DNA of 54,759 nt from Acidimicrobiales bacterium (GTDB lineage: Bacteria > Actinomycetota > Acidimicrobiia > Acidimicrobiales > RAAP-2), in the NCBI GenBank assembly GCA_035483935.1, contig DATHPK010000029.1:1-54759 (forward strand), in the 5' to 3' direction. Position numbers and translations under genes: made by a program. This document shows positions 1-6,975 of the stretch, piece after piece. Position 1 is the first letter of the stretch. The number at the start of each line of letters is the position of its first letter. Below the pieces are notes generated by a model. That model saw nothing but the letters and a program-made list of their open reading frames with translations. It ran no database searches and was not told the DNA's origin.

Positions 1-354
1 CAGGTTGAATTGGAGGGCGTCGAAGCCCAGACGCCGGGCCTCCAGCATCGAGTGCTCGACGAGGGTGCGCCCGACACCGGTCCCGCGGTAGGCGGCGAGG
101 ACGAAGTAGCCCGCGTTGGCGATGTGGGCGCCGCGACCGACGAAGTTCGGCTTGATGTAGTACGCCCCGATGAGATAGCTCCCGAACCAGGCAACGTGTA
201 CGGCGGACGAATGCTCGACCCAGTAGTCGTCGAACTCGTCGCGGGTGAGGGGCGCGGACTGGGGAAACCCTTCGCCGGCGGCGACGATGCGGCTGAACGC
301 GCCGAACAGCTCGTCGTAGTCGTCCACGGTGGCCACTTTGATGTCGACCGGCAC
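1..354 (-). CDS. GNAT family N-acetyltransferase, partial (C-terminus lies beyond the left window edge)
   Basis: Absent from the ORF track because it has no stop in the window. Manual reverse translation from GTG 354 gives VPVDIKVATVDDYDELFGAFSRIVAAGEGFPQSAPLTRDEFDDYWVEHSSAVHVAWFGSYLIGAYYIKPNFVGRGAHIANAGYFVLAAYRGTGVGRTLVEHSMLEARRLGFDALQFNL. YRGTGVGRTL fits the GNAT acetyl-CoA-binding R/Q-x-x-G-x-G/A motif. GC3 is very high. The + strand ORF 10..528 is its antisense shadow. Confidence 0.75.
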   Translation of the reverse strand, partial: MPVDIKVATVDDYDELFGAFSRIVAAGEGFPQSAPLTRDEFDDYWVEHSSAVHVAWFGSYLIGAYYIKPNFVGRGAHIANAGYFVLAAYRGTGVGRTLVEHSMLEARRLGFDALQFNL

Positions 355-452
355 GACTCCACGGTAGTGGGTGCGCGCGCCGCGAATCGGGGCACGGGCG
401 GAGCGTTTGCGCCGAACGTCATGCCGCTCGCCGGCAGCGGCCGGCGCAACCG

Positions 453-1289
453 TCAGTGCGCAGCGAAGCCCGTCGTGCCGATGCCCGGGCGCACGGCCTC
501 GATCGGGTCGCGCAGATCGTCGATGTAACCGAGTGCGTACGCGCCGCGGTCGTAGCCCATGAGGCGGAGCAGGTCGACAGGCAACGTCTCGGCCACTTCC
601 CGGGGCACGGAGAGGTACTGGTTCTCCTCCTGGCGCAACCACGCGACGGCATACGTGATGTTCAGCCCGATGCGGGTTGCAGCCGAGTTGTTGGCGCCGC
701 CCCCGTGGTACACGCTGCCCGAGTAAACGAGCACCGACCCGCGCGACATTTCGGCCGGTTCGGTGTCGTCGGGGCCGAAGTTCTGTCCGTCCGCCGATGC
801 GTTGCTGCCGGCGACGACCCGGGTGGCGCCGTTCTCCTCGGTGAAGTCGGTCAGCGCCCAGATCGTGTTGCACTGGACGTCGTACCCGGCCGGGAAGGGG
901 AAGAAGTCGAAGGCCCATTGGTCCCGGTGGACGGGTTGGGCGGTCTCGCCGGGCCCGATGGCGATGGCCTGGGTGAGATGGAGCTGGATGTTCGTGGCAT
1001 GGCCCAGGAACGTCCTCGCCGCACCGAGCGCGAGGGGGTGCATGACAAGCTCCCGGCACGAGGCCGAACGGGCGATGAGCGAGCCGGTGCGGCGGGTCAG
1101 GTTGCCGCTGAAGTCGTCGGGTCCCGTGGGCGTGGCGTCGAGGAAGGGCCGCAACTCGGTCTCGATCCGGTCCAGCAGCGCCGCTTCGGCCACGTCCTCG
1201 ACGATCACCACACCGTCGCGGACGACGGCCGCCGCCACGTCGTCGGGTCCGGCCTCGTTGCTCAAGCGGACGATCGCCACGCCCTTCAT
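453..1289 (-). CDS. Phytanoyl-CoA dioxygenase (PhyH) family Fe(II)/2-oxoglutarate oxygenase
   Basis: Track ORF 453..1316 (-). It contains PVHRDQWAFDFFP (H-x-D iron ligands), GATRVVAGSN and GSVLVYSGSVYHGGGANNS, a typical PhyH layout. Start trimmed to ATG 1289 (MKGVAIVRL) because the track start at 1316 is TTG. Confidence 0.85.
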   Translation of the reverse strand: MKGVAIVRLSNEAGPDDVAAAVVRDGVVIVEDVAEAALLDRIETELRPFLDATPTGPDDFSGNLTRRTGSLIARSASCRELVMHPLALGAARTFLGHATNIQLHLTQAIAIGPGETAQPVHRDQWAFDFFPFPAGYDVQCNTIWALTDFTEENGATRVVAGSNASADGQNFGPDDTEPAEMSRGSVLVYSGSVYHGGGANNSAATRIGLNITYAVAWLRQEENQYLSVPREVAETLPVDLLRLMGYDRGAYALGYIDDLRDPIEAVRPGIGTTGFAAH

Positions 1290-1373
1290 CCTGGACAACG
1301 GCCACAGGCACAGCAACTCCGGGTGACCCTCGCTTCGCCCGCCGTCTTCGGGACGTTGCGCCCCGCGTCTGTG

Positions 1374-1682
1374 TTACTGCGCCGGCGGCCCCGCCGTCAC
1401 CAGGCCGAGCTCGGCCAACTTGCGCAGGGTCTGGCGGACGTCGTCGCCCATGACCTCCGCCTGGACGGGATACGCCTCGGCGAGCTCGTTGACCATCTCG
1501 CCGACCGTCCTCGAGCCGTCACAGAGATTCCACACCGCACCCGCGCTGGAGTTGAGCAAGATCATCAATTGGCCCACGTCGTCGTAGAGGGCGATGTTGT
1601 CGTCCAGCTCGACGGCCGACGCTCCCTCCCGGCGCACCGGTACCGAACCCGCCTCCGGCCACGAAGCCTCCACGACCGCCAT
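1374..1682 (-). CDS. PqqD family protein (RiPP recognition element, peptide chaperone)
   Basis: Last 102 codons of track ORF 1374..2519 (-): MAVVEASWPEAGSVPVRREGASAVELDDNIALYDDVGQLMILLNSSAGAVWNLCDGSRTVGEMVNELAEAYPVQAEVMGDDVRQTLRKLAELGLVTAGPPAQ. Size and the LN-x-S-A-x-x-W-x-L-C-D-G-x-x-T-V-x-E pattern are classic PqqD. ATG 1682 lies 2 nt after the kinase stop (TAG 1687-1685). The rest of the track ORF is an Arg/Gly-rich shadow of the kinase gene. Confidence 0.85.
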   Translation of the reverse strand: MAVVEASWPEAGSVPVRREGASAVELDDNIALYDDVGQLMILLNSSAGAVWNLCDGSRTVGEMVNELAEAYPVQAEVMGDDVRQTLRKLAELGLVTAGPPAQ

Positions 1683-1684
1683 TC

Positions 1685-2596
1685 CTACACCCGGGTGCCC
1701 AAGAGGCCGAGCACCAGGCAGCAGGCCGCGTCGAGGTCGGAGAAGGCGAGCGAGTACCCCGCGCAGTGCGCCGCCAGCCGGCCAAGCGCCTGCGACCCGG
1801 TCGCGCCGTGGGGCAAGAGGTTCACCGCGTGCAGCGCCAAGGCGAAGAAGACTTCCGTCTCGGTCAACGGAACGAGCGCCGTCTCCGCAGACGGGTCGTA
1901 GCGGGGAACGATCACGAAGCCGGGCTCGCACGGTTCGCCGACACGCCGGCCCGTGCCGTCGCCGACGGGAACCTGCCACTCCCCATCGCCCTCTCCCTCG
2001 AGCATGTTCGGCGCCATGTCCGCCAGCACGCCGAAGCTGCCCGGTTTCACGGTGATCGGCTTCGGGTACGGCAGCAGTCGACCCGGCCCGGAGCCGGAGC
2101 CATCGAGCTCGAGCGCGACCAGCTCGTCGCTGAGATACCCGAGGCCCGTGCGCACGAGGCCCGCCGTCAGTGTCGACTTCCCCGACCCCGACGCCGCCGG
2201 GACCAGGATCCCGACACCCGAGGCCTCCAACCCACCGGAGTGGAAGAGCAGATGTTCGCCGCTGAACTCGGCGGCGAGACGGTTGACGTCCCAGACGATC
2301 CAACCGGCCGCGACGCCCGGCGCCAACCCGGACTCGACAACTTCCCCGTCGCGGCGGATGTCGACGGCGCCGGACCTCTCCGGCGAGGCGGTCAGCGAGT
2401 AACGGTGGGGCGCCGGCTGCCCGACGCCACCGCCATCGGCAGCATCGATCCCAAGGTCCGCGTCCAACAGCGACGACAACAACGCGGTGACATGGGCACC
2501 GAGGGCCGCGTCCTCGCAACAGACCGCGAAGCGGTAGGAGAGTGCCTTCAGGTCGGGGGTGCAGTGCGCCCGGGCGTGCGCGTCAAGCACGGGCAC
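1685..2596 (-). CDS. HPr kinase/phosphorylase C-terminal-domain-like P-loop kinase (HprK-related)
   Basis: Track ORF 1685..2596 (-), 303 aa. Walker A ILVPAASGSGKSTLTAGL is followed by GYLSDELVAL, as in the HprK-like kinases that accompany PqqD genes. GTG 2596 lies 3 nt after the stop of the upstream gene (TAG 2602-2600). Confidence 0.8.
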   Translation of the reverse strand: MPVLDAHARAHCTPDLKALSYRFAVCCEDAALGAHVTALLSSLLDADLGIDAADGGGVGQPAPHRYSLTASPERSGAVDIRRDGEVVESGLAPGVAAGWIVWDVNRLAAEFSGEHLLFHSGGLEASGVGILVPAASGSGKSTLTAGLVRTGLGYLSDELVALELDGSGSGPGRLLPYPKPITVKPGSFGVLADMAPNMLEGEGDGEWQVPVGDGTGRRVGEPCEPGFVIVPRYDPSAETALVPLTETEVFFALALHAVNLLPHGATGSQALGRLAAHCAGYSLAFSDLDAACCLVLGLLGTRV

Positions 2597-2599
2597 GGA

Positions 2600-3082
2600 C
2601 TAGGTCGGGTCGACCTGGCTCCCCGCCTCGTGCGCCCCGGTCGCCGGCTTCGGCGTCCGGCTGGCCCAGTGGTGCATCGCCCAGCCGCCGGCGATGAGCG
2701 CAGCGCCGATCTCGGCGTCGCGCTGGATGTCGATACCGGTGAACGCCAGTGTCGAGCCGGGCGACGTCGCCGGTGAGGACGCGGACGCCAGGGTCGCCGG
2801 GGTCGAGCCCGTGGTCGTGCCAGCGTCGGTCGACGAGGGGCTCGTCGTCGGGTTGCTCGAGCTGCCGCCGCCCGGCGGGGTGGTGTGATTCCCTGAAAGG
2901 GTCGCGCCCGCGGCCGGCTTGGCCGTGAGGATCTCCGGCACCACCCATGCCGCTGCGCCTGCGCTGGCCGCCACCGACATCCGCCCGAGGGCCTGGCGCC
3001 TCGAAAACGTCCGGCCGGAGCAGGCGTCGCCCGCTGCAACCGGAGGGGTCACCCCATCTCCATCCGTCCGCTGACTGTCCAT
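2600..3082 (-). CDS. Small exported Ser/Thr/Pro-rich protein with twin-arginine signal and C-terminal LAFTG + hydrophobic segment (putative class E sortase sorting signal)
   Basis: In-frame part of track ORF 2600..3169 (-). ATG 3082 gives 160 aa: MDSQRTDGDGVTPPVAAGDACSGRTFSRRQALGRMSVAASAGAAAWVVPEILTAKPAAG...STLAFTGIDIQRDAEIGAALIAGGWAMHHWASRTPKPATGAHEAGSQVDPT. GC3 is near 100 percent in this frame downstream of 3082 but only about two thirds between 3169 and 3083. The two other overlapping minus ORFs (2548..3039, 2583..3182) are Arg-rich shadows. Confidence 0.7.
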   Translation of the reverse strand: MDSQRTDGDGVTPPVAAGDACSGRTFSRRQALGRMSVAASAGAAAWVVPEILTAKPAAGATLSGNHTTPPGGGSSSNPTTSPSSTDAGTTTGSTPATLASASSPATSPGSTLAFTGIDIQRDAEIGAALIAGGWAMHHWASRTPKPATGAHEAGSQVDPT

Positions 3083-3369
3083 CTTGTCCGTCCGTCCTTT
3101 GGTCCCCGAGGGAGCCTGTACCGCAGTTCTCCCACTTGAGCAGCACTTTTCTGGCTGGATCGCCGGCAAGTCCGCATGCCACGACCCTGCGCCACTTCGG
3201 CTGCAGTGGTTGAGTAACGCCCGATCGCTCCGTTTACTACCGCAGTGCCTCGGACCGGTCAGAATTGCGCACTATTTGTGCAATCCCAGTGTCAGCTTCC
3301 GGGCCTGGGCGCTCGGCACTCGCAACGACTCAGGGACTCTCCGAGCGAGGCGGGCGGCATGATGAGCAA

Positions 3370-4503
3370 GTGAGGGGCGGGTCGAAGGTCGTGGATACGT
3401 CGATCGAGCCGACGGCGCAACTGCTCTGGGAAGCGTGCCGCGCCGATCCCGACCCGGAGGGGGTGCGGCAGGCCCTGGCCGGTGGCGCCGACCTCGCCCG
3501 TGCGGTTTCGGCGGCCGAGGAACACCGGATCAGCCCGCTCCTGTGGCGAGCGCTCGATGCGGCCGGCGCGTTGGACGCGCTCGGCCCGGACCGAGCCGCG
3601 CTCAAAGGGACCTCCGACGCGTTCGCCATGGAAGCCCTCCTGCTGATTCCGCGTGCGATGGAGCTCGCGATCGGACCGCTCACCGCCGCCGCCTTGGAGC
3701 CGGTCGTCTTCAAGGGGCCGGCCGTCGCCGCGCGATATCCGCGGCCCGGCCTGCGCCCCATGGAGGACATCGACCTGCTGCTCCCCCGCCGCGACCATGC
3801 CCGCGCTCTCGGTGCATTGGCCGGGGTGGGATGGACCGTCGTACGGGCGGCGGAGGGTGAGCAGTACGACACCGTCCTCACCCATCCCGAGGTTCCATCG
3901 CTGTTCCTGGAGCTGCACTTCGGGCTCGAGACCGCATCGCAACGGGTCACGGCTCTCGATCCCGTCACTCTGTGGTCCCGCCGCCAGGCCGCCGTCGTGG
4001 CCGGTACGCCCGCGTTCGTCCTGCCCCAGAACGAGGAGCTCGTCGTGCTCGCCGCACATGCCGGCAAACCGCACCACGGCTTCGTCCGGCTGGTGTGGAT
4101 CGCCGACATCGCAATGATCGTGGAGGCTGCCGCGAACGACGGTGACCCGATCGATTGGGAGCGTGTGCGCGCGGTCGCCGCGTCAACTCACTGTGTCACC
4201 GTCGTCGGCGCCGCCTTGGCCTTGGCACGTCGGGCGGGTGTCGATGCGCCGACGGCCTTGTTCCCACTTCCGACCCGGGGCTGGAGAGGCGAAGCGATGC
4301 AGCAGCTGCTCTCGGTGACCTGGCCGCTCACGCATCTCGAGCTGCCGGGCTATCAACTGAACTACGCGTTGACCGACGACCGCGTGCAGCGACTCAAGAT
4401 CCTTTTGGTCCTGCGCGGATCCGGCCACGGGATCGGACGGCGCGTGCGCCGCATCGCGGCCCTGCCGCGCCGGGCGCCGTCAGGGACCGGAACACCCGAC
4501 TGA
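3370..4503 (+). CDS. NTP_transf_5 family (uncharacterised polymerase-beta-fold) nucleotidyltransferase
   Basis: Track ORF 3265..4503 (+). VVFKGPAVAARYPRPGLRPMEDIDLLLP carries the G-x(n)-D-x-D nucleotidyltransferase motif. The overall length and the ELHFGL / HAGKPHHGF regions fit the NTP_transf_5 family that co-occurs with PqqD and HprK-like genes. GC3 is only about 55 percent between 3265 and 3369, so the start is placed at in-frame GTG 3370 (alternative GTG 3391). The 5' end is uncertain. Confidence 0.8.
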   Translation: MRGGSKVVDTSIEPTAQLLWEACRADPDPEGVRQALAGGADLARAVSAAEEHRISPLLWRALDAAGALDALGPDRAALKGTSDAFAMEALLLIPRAMELAIGPLTAAALEPVVFKGPAVAARYPRPGLRPMEDIDLLLPRRDHARALGALAGVGWTVVRAAEGEQYDTVLTHPEVPSLFLELHFGLETASQRVTALDPVTLWSRRQAAVVAGTPAFVLPQNEELVVLAAHAGKPHHGFVRLVWIADIAMIVEAAANDGDPIDWERVRAVAASTHCVTVVGAALALARRAGVDAPTALFPLPTRGWRGEAMQQLLSVTWPLTHLELPGYQLNYALTDDRVQRLKILLVLRGSGHGIGRRVRRIAALPRRAPSGTGTPD

Positions 4504-4528
4504 CGAAACACACGCAGCAAGACTTCGG

Positions 4529-5287
4529 CTACACACCGGGGAACACCCGTCGCAGCAGGTCGAGCACCTCGCCGTTGGCGGGTACCGCTGGGCTGTGAGC
4601 AGGATCCAAGCGGCCGTACACGAGGCGGCAGAATGACTCCGCCGGGAGCTCCAGGTCTGGCTCGACGCCACCATCGCCCTCGAGCAACTGTGCGGATACG
4701 GGCGTGAGGCGCACGGTGAAATGACGGAGGGGGTCGCGGGTGCGGACCCGGACCTCACGCTCGTCGCCGGTCGGCTTCGCGGCGAACCGGCCGATCATGC
4801 CCAGGTTGTCGATGATGACCGCCGCGGCGTCCGCCGGGAGACCGGCCCCGCCGTCCGACATGACCTCGATGTCCCAGGTGTGCAGCGCATGCTCGTTCAG
4901 GCGGAGGGCGGCCGCCGTCTCGAAGCTCAGCGTCACCGGCCCGAAAGGGATCTCGATGCGCCTGCGATCCTCGTCGCCCACCGCCTCGAAGGCCTTGCCG
5001 AGGCGCTCGTCCTCGGCCAGCGCGTCGTCCGCTTGCGCCTGCGGCGACTTGGCGTTCCATTCGTCCCAGACCGGCTGGGAGACGTCGTCGGGGAGCGGAA
5101 CGCCCGCGAGGGCGGCCTCGAGACGGCGCCCCAAGAGCACCGCGCCCGAGCCCAGATGGGACAAGACGTCCGCAATGGTCCACCCGGCGTCGAAGGACGG
5201 GCTCTCGAGCTGGTCGGCGTCGAGGCCGCGCACCAGCTCGCGCAGCCTTTGGACCGATGCGGCCAGGGGTGGCAGAGGGTTCTCCAT
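4529..5287 (-). CDS. Maleylpyruvate isomerase N-terminal domain / DinB-like mycothiol-dependent enzyme family protein
   Basis: Track ORF 4529..5287 (-), 252 aa. The N-terminal SPSFDAGWTIADVLSHLGSGA motif and the C-terminal SCP-like region are typical of the actinobacterial MDMPI_N family. Confidence 0.8.
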   Translation of the reverse strand: MENPLPPLAASVQRLRELVRGLDADQLESPSFDAGWTIADVLSHLGSGAVLLGRRLEAALAGVPLPDDVSQPVWDEWNAKSPQAQADDALAEDERLGKAFEAVGDEDRRRIEIPFGPVTLSFETAAALRLNEHALHTWDIEVMSDGGAGLPADAAAVIIDNLGMIGRFAAKPTGDEREVRVRTRDPLRHFTVRLTPVSAQLLEGDGGVEPDLELPAESFCRLVYGRLDPAHSPAVPANGEVLDLLRRVFPGV

Positions 5288-5333
5288 GCCCGCGTTCTAC
5301 CGGGCCGGCGGACGCAGCCGAACGCCCCGTTAT

Positions 5334-5365
5334 ATAACTTGACAGTTAACTAACCGGAGAGTTAA
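5334..5365. promoter_or_regulatory. AT-rich nested inverted repeats (ATAACT-tgac-AGTTAACT-aaccggag-AGTTAA), putative ArsR operator in a divergent promoter
   Basis: Read directly at 5331-5370: tatATAACTtgacAGTTAACTaaccggagAGTTAAatacg. The central AGTTAACT is itself palindromic, and a consensus TTGACA lies at 5339-5344. The site lies between the divergent DinB-like gene (start 5287) and arsR (start 5375). Confidence 0.5.
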
Positions 5366-5374
5366 ATACGAAAG

Positions 5375-5740
5375 GTGCCCGCACGACGCTCCGACGAAGG
5401 GCTCGATGCGGCGTTCGCCGCGCTCGCCGACCCCACCCGCAGGGCGATCCTGAGCCGGTTGGCGCGGGGCGACGCCACGGTGAGCGAACTCGCCGCGCCT
5501 TTCGCAATGTCGCTGCCCGGCATCTCGAAGCACCTCAAGGTGCTCGAACGCAGTGGCCTGATCTCACGCGGCCGCGACGCCCAGTTCCGGCCGTGCCACC
5601 TCGAGGTCGGTGCACTCGACCAGACACTCGATTGGATCAGCATGCACCGGCAGATCTGGAACGAACGCTTCGACAAGCTGGACGCGCACCTTCGTGACCT
5701 CCAATCTGGCGCAAAACGGCGCAGAGGCTCCGAACGATGA
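5375..5740 (+). CDS. ArsR/SmtB family transcriptional regulator
   Basis: Track ORF 5375..5740 (+), GTG start. ALADPTRRAILSRLARGDATVSELAAPFAMSLPGISKHLKVLERSGLI is the canonical ArsR winged-HTH. Confidence 0.9.
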   Translation: MPARRSDEGLDAAFAALADPTRRAILSRLARGDATVSELAAPFAMSLPGISKHLKVLERSGLISRGRDAQFRPCHLEVGALDQTLDWISMHRQIWNERFDKLDAHLRDLQSGAKRRRGSER

Positions 5741-6216
5741 TGTCGCCCGAGAACGACCTCCGCTTTACCCGGGTCTTCGACGCACCGCGCGAGATCGTCT
5801 TCCAGTGCATGATCGAGCCGGATCACCTGGCGCAGTTCTGGGGTCCGGCGGGCACCAACGCGCCGCGCGAGCACATCTCGGTCGACGCCCGGCCGGGTGG
5901 TGTCTTCTCTACCGTCATGGTCAACGACCGCGACGGCAGTCGGTACCCGACGCACGCCGTGTACGACGAGGTGCGGCCACCGGAGCTCCTCTCGTGGACC
6001 GAGACGCACTCGGGCATGAAGGTGGTCACGCAATTCGTGCCGCTCGGACCGGACCGCACCGAAGTACGGATCCACCAGCGCTACGTGCCCGAGGCGTTCA
6101 TGGCTCCCGAGGCACGGGCAGGGTTTTTGACATCGCTCGACCGCCTGGCCGCCCACCTCGGCCGGGTCGCAGCCCCCTCCTCCCGTTACGACACCGACCA
6201 GGGCAACGCCGGGTAG
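5737..6216 (+). CDS. SRPBCC / AHSA1 (activator of Hsp90 ATPase homolog 1-like) domain protein
   Basis: Track ORF 5737..6216 (+). LRFTRVFDAPREIVFQCMIEPDHLAQFWGP is the typical AHSA1 N-terminus. ATGA overlap with the arsR stop (5737-5740). ArsR-AHSA1 is a classic pair. Confidence 0.85.
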   Translation: MMSPENDLRFTRVFDAPREIVFQCMIEPDHLAQFWGPAGTNAPREHISVDARPGGVFSTVMVNDRDGSRYPTHAVYDEVRPPELLSWTETHSGMKVVTQFVPLGPDRTEVRIHQRYVPEAFMAPEARAGFLTSLDRLAAHLGRVAAPSSRYDTDQGNAG

Positions 6217-6229
6217 GAGGACCTCCACC

Positions 6230-6880
6230 ATGACACGCGACGCGACCACCACGGGCCACAGCGAGATGCTCGTCCAGGACATTGCCGAGGAGTTCCTCGC
6301 TCTGGCCGAGCTGTTGGAGGCGGCCGGCCCGGCGGCATGGGATGCGCTGTCGCTCTGCGAGGGATGGCGCACCAGGGAGGTCGTGGCGCACGTGACGATG
6401 CCGGCGCGCTACTCGGACCAGGACTTCATGGCCGAGCTCCAGGCGGCGGGCGGCGATTTCACCCGACTGTCGAACACGGTGGCGGCACGCGACGGCGCGT
6501 TGCCCACCGAGCGCCTCTTGGCCGACCTGCGTTCCGACGTGCTGCACCGCTGGCAGCCGCCGGGAGGTGGGGCGGATGGCGCACTGACTCACTGCGTGGT
6601 GCATTGCCTCGACATCATCGAGGCGGTCCCCCTGTCACGCCGAGTTCCCGACGGGCGCATCACGCGGGTGCTTTCGCTGGTGACCGACCCGTCGACGCCG
6701 AACCTCTTCGGCACCGACCTCTCCGGCGTGGAGCTGCGCGCCGACGACATCGAGTGGACCTACGGCGCGGGCGCGCCGCTCGAGGGCCCCGCCCAGGCAT
6801 TGGCCCTGGTGGTCTGCGGGCGTCGGCTCCCTCCGGGACGCGTGTCCGGGGAAGGAGCCCCCCGGTTCACGCAGCGCTGA
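6230..6880 (+). CDS. Maleylpyruvate isomerase N-terminal domain / DinB-like mycothiol-dependent enzyme family protein
   Basis: Track ORF 6230..6880 (+), 216 aa. LCEGWRTREVVAHVT and the overall length fit the same family as 4529..5287. Confidence 0.75.
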   Translation: MTRDATTTGHSEMLVQDIAEEFLALAELLEAAGPAAWDALSLCEGWRTREVVAHVTMPARYSDQDFMAELQAAGGDFTRLSNTVAARDGALPTERLLADLRSDVLHRWQPPGGGADGALTHCVVHCLDIIEAVPLSRRVPDGRITRVLSLVTDPSTPNLFGTDLSGVELRADDIEWTYGAGAPLEGPAQALALVVCGRRLPPGRVSGEGAPRFTQR

Positions 6881-6975
6881 CCGGCCGGATCAGCTGAGGG
6901 CACAACCGGACAGCAATTGACGTTCTGGTTCGAGGAATCCCTCCACCCTGGCCGCTCCCCCGGCAAGATTGCGCG

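Noticed and set aside
456-1901. 481-aa + strand ORF spanning the PhyH and PqqD loci
   Set aside because: It is antisense to two well-supported minus-strand genes. The product is Arg/Gly/Val/Asp-rich low-information sequence with no motif, and its codon position 3 is not the GC-rich position. This is a typical high-GC shadow ORF.
2281-2294. Additional TTGACG / TTGACGTC occurrences inside genes (for example 2283-2290, 23930s, 24310s, 24480s, 35740s, 39184-39189, 52750s) as further operator sites
   Set aside because: All are in frame within well-supported coding sequence (Val-Asn, Leu-Thr, Val-Asp codon pairs) and lack the paired half-site. The hexamer alone is too frequent to be informative.
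3083-3369. Search for a hidden short RiPP precursor ORF in the 287-nt divergent region (for example the 13-codon ORF ATG 3176..TAA 3217, MPRPCATSAAVVE; track ORF 3084..3362, 92 aa)
   Set aside because: The 13-aa ORF has no SD, and nothing in it resembles a leader/core peptide. The 92-aa ORF starts with TTG, has only moderate GC3 (about 65 percent by my count) and no RBS. I could not support any coding call here. A proper small-ORF and conservation analysis is still advisable.
1374-4503. Calling the left-end cassette a lasso peptide biosynthetic gene cluster
   Set aside because: No Asn-synthetase-like cyclase, no transglutaminase-like B2 protease and no short precursor are present in the window. 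Only the accessory-type genes are here (RRE, kinase, nucleotidyltransferase). A cyclase beyond the left edge cannot be excluded.
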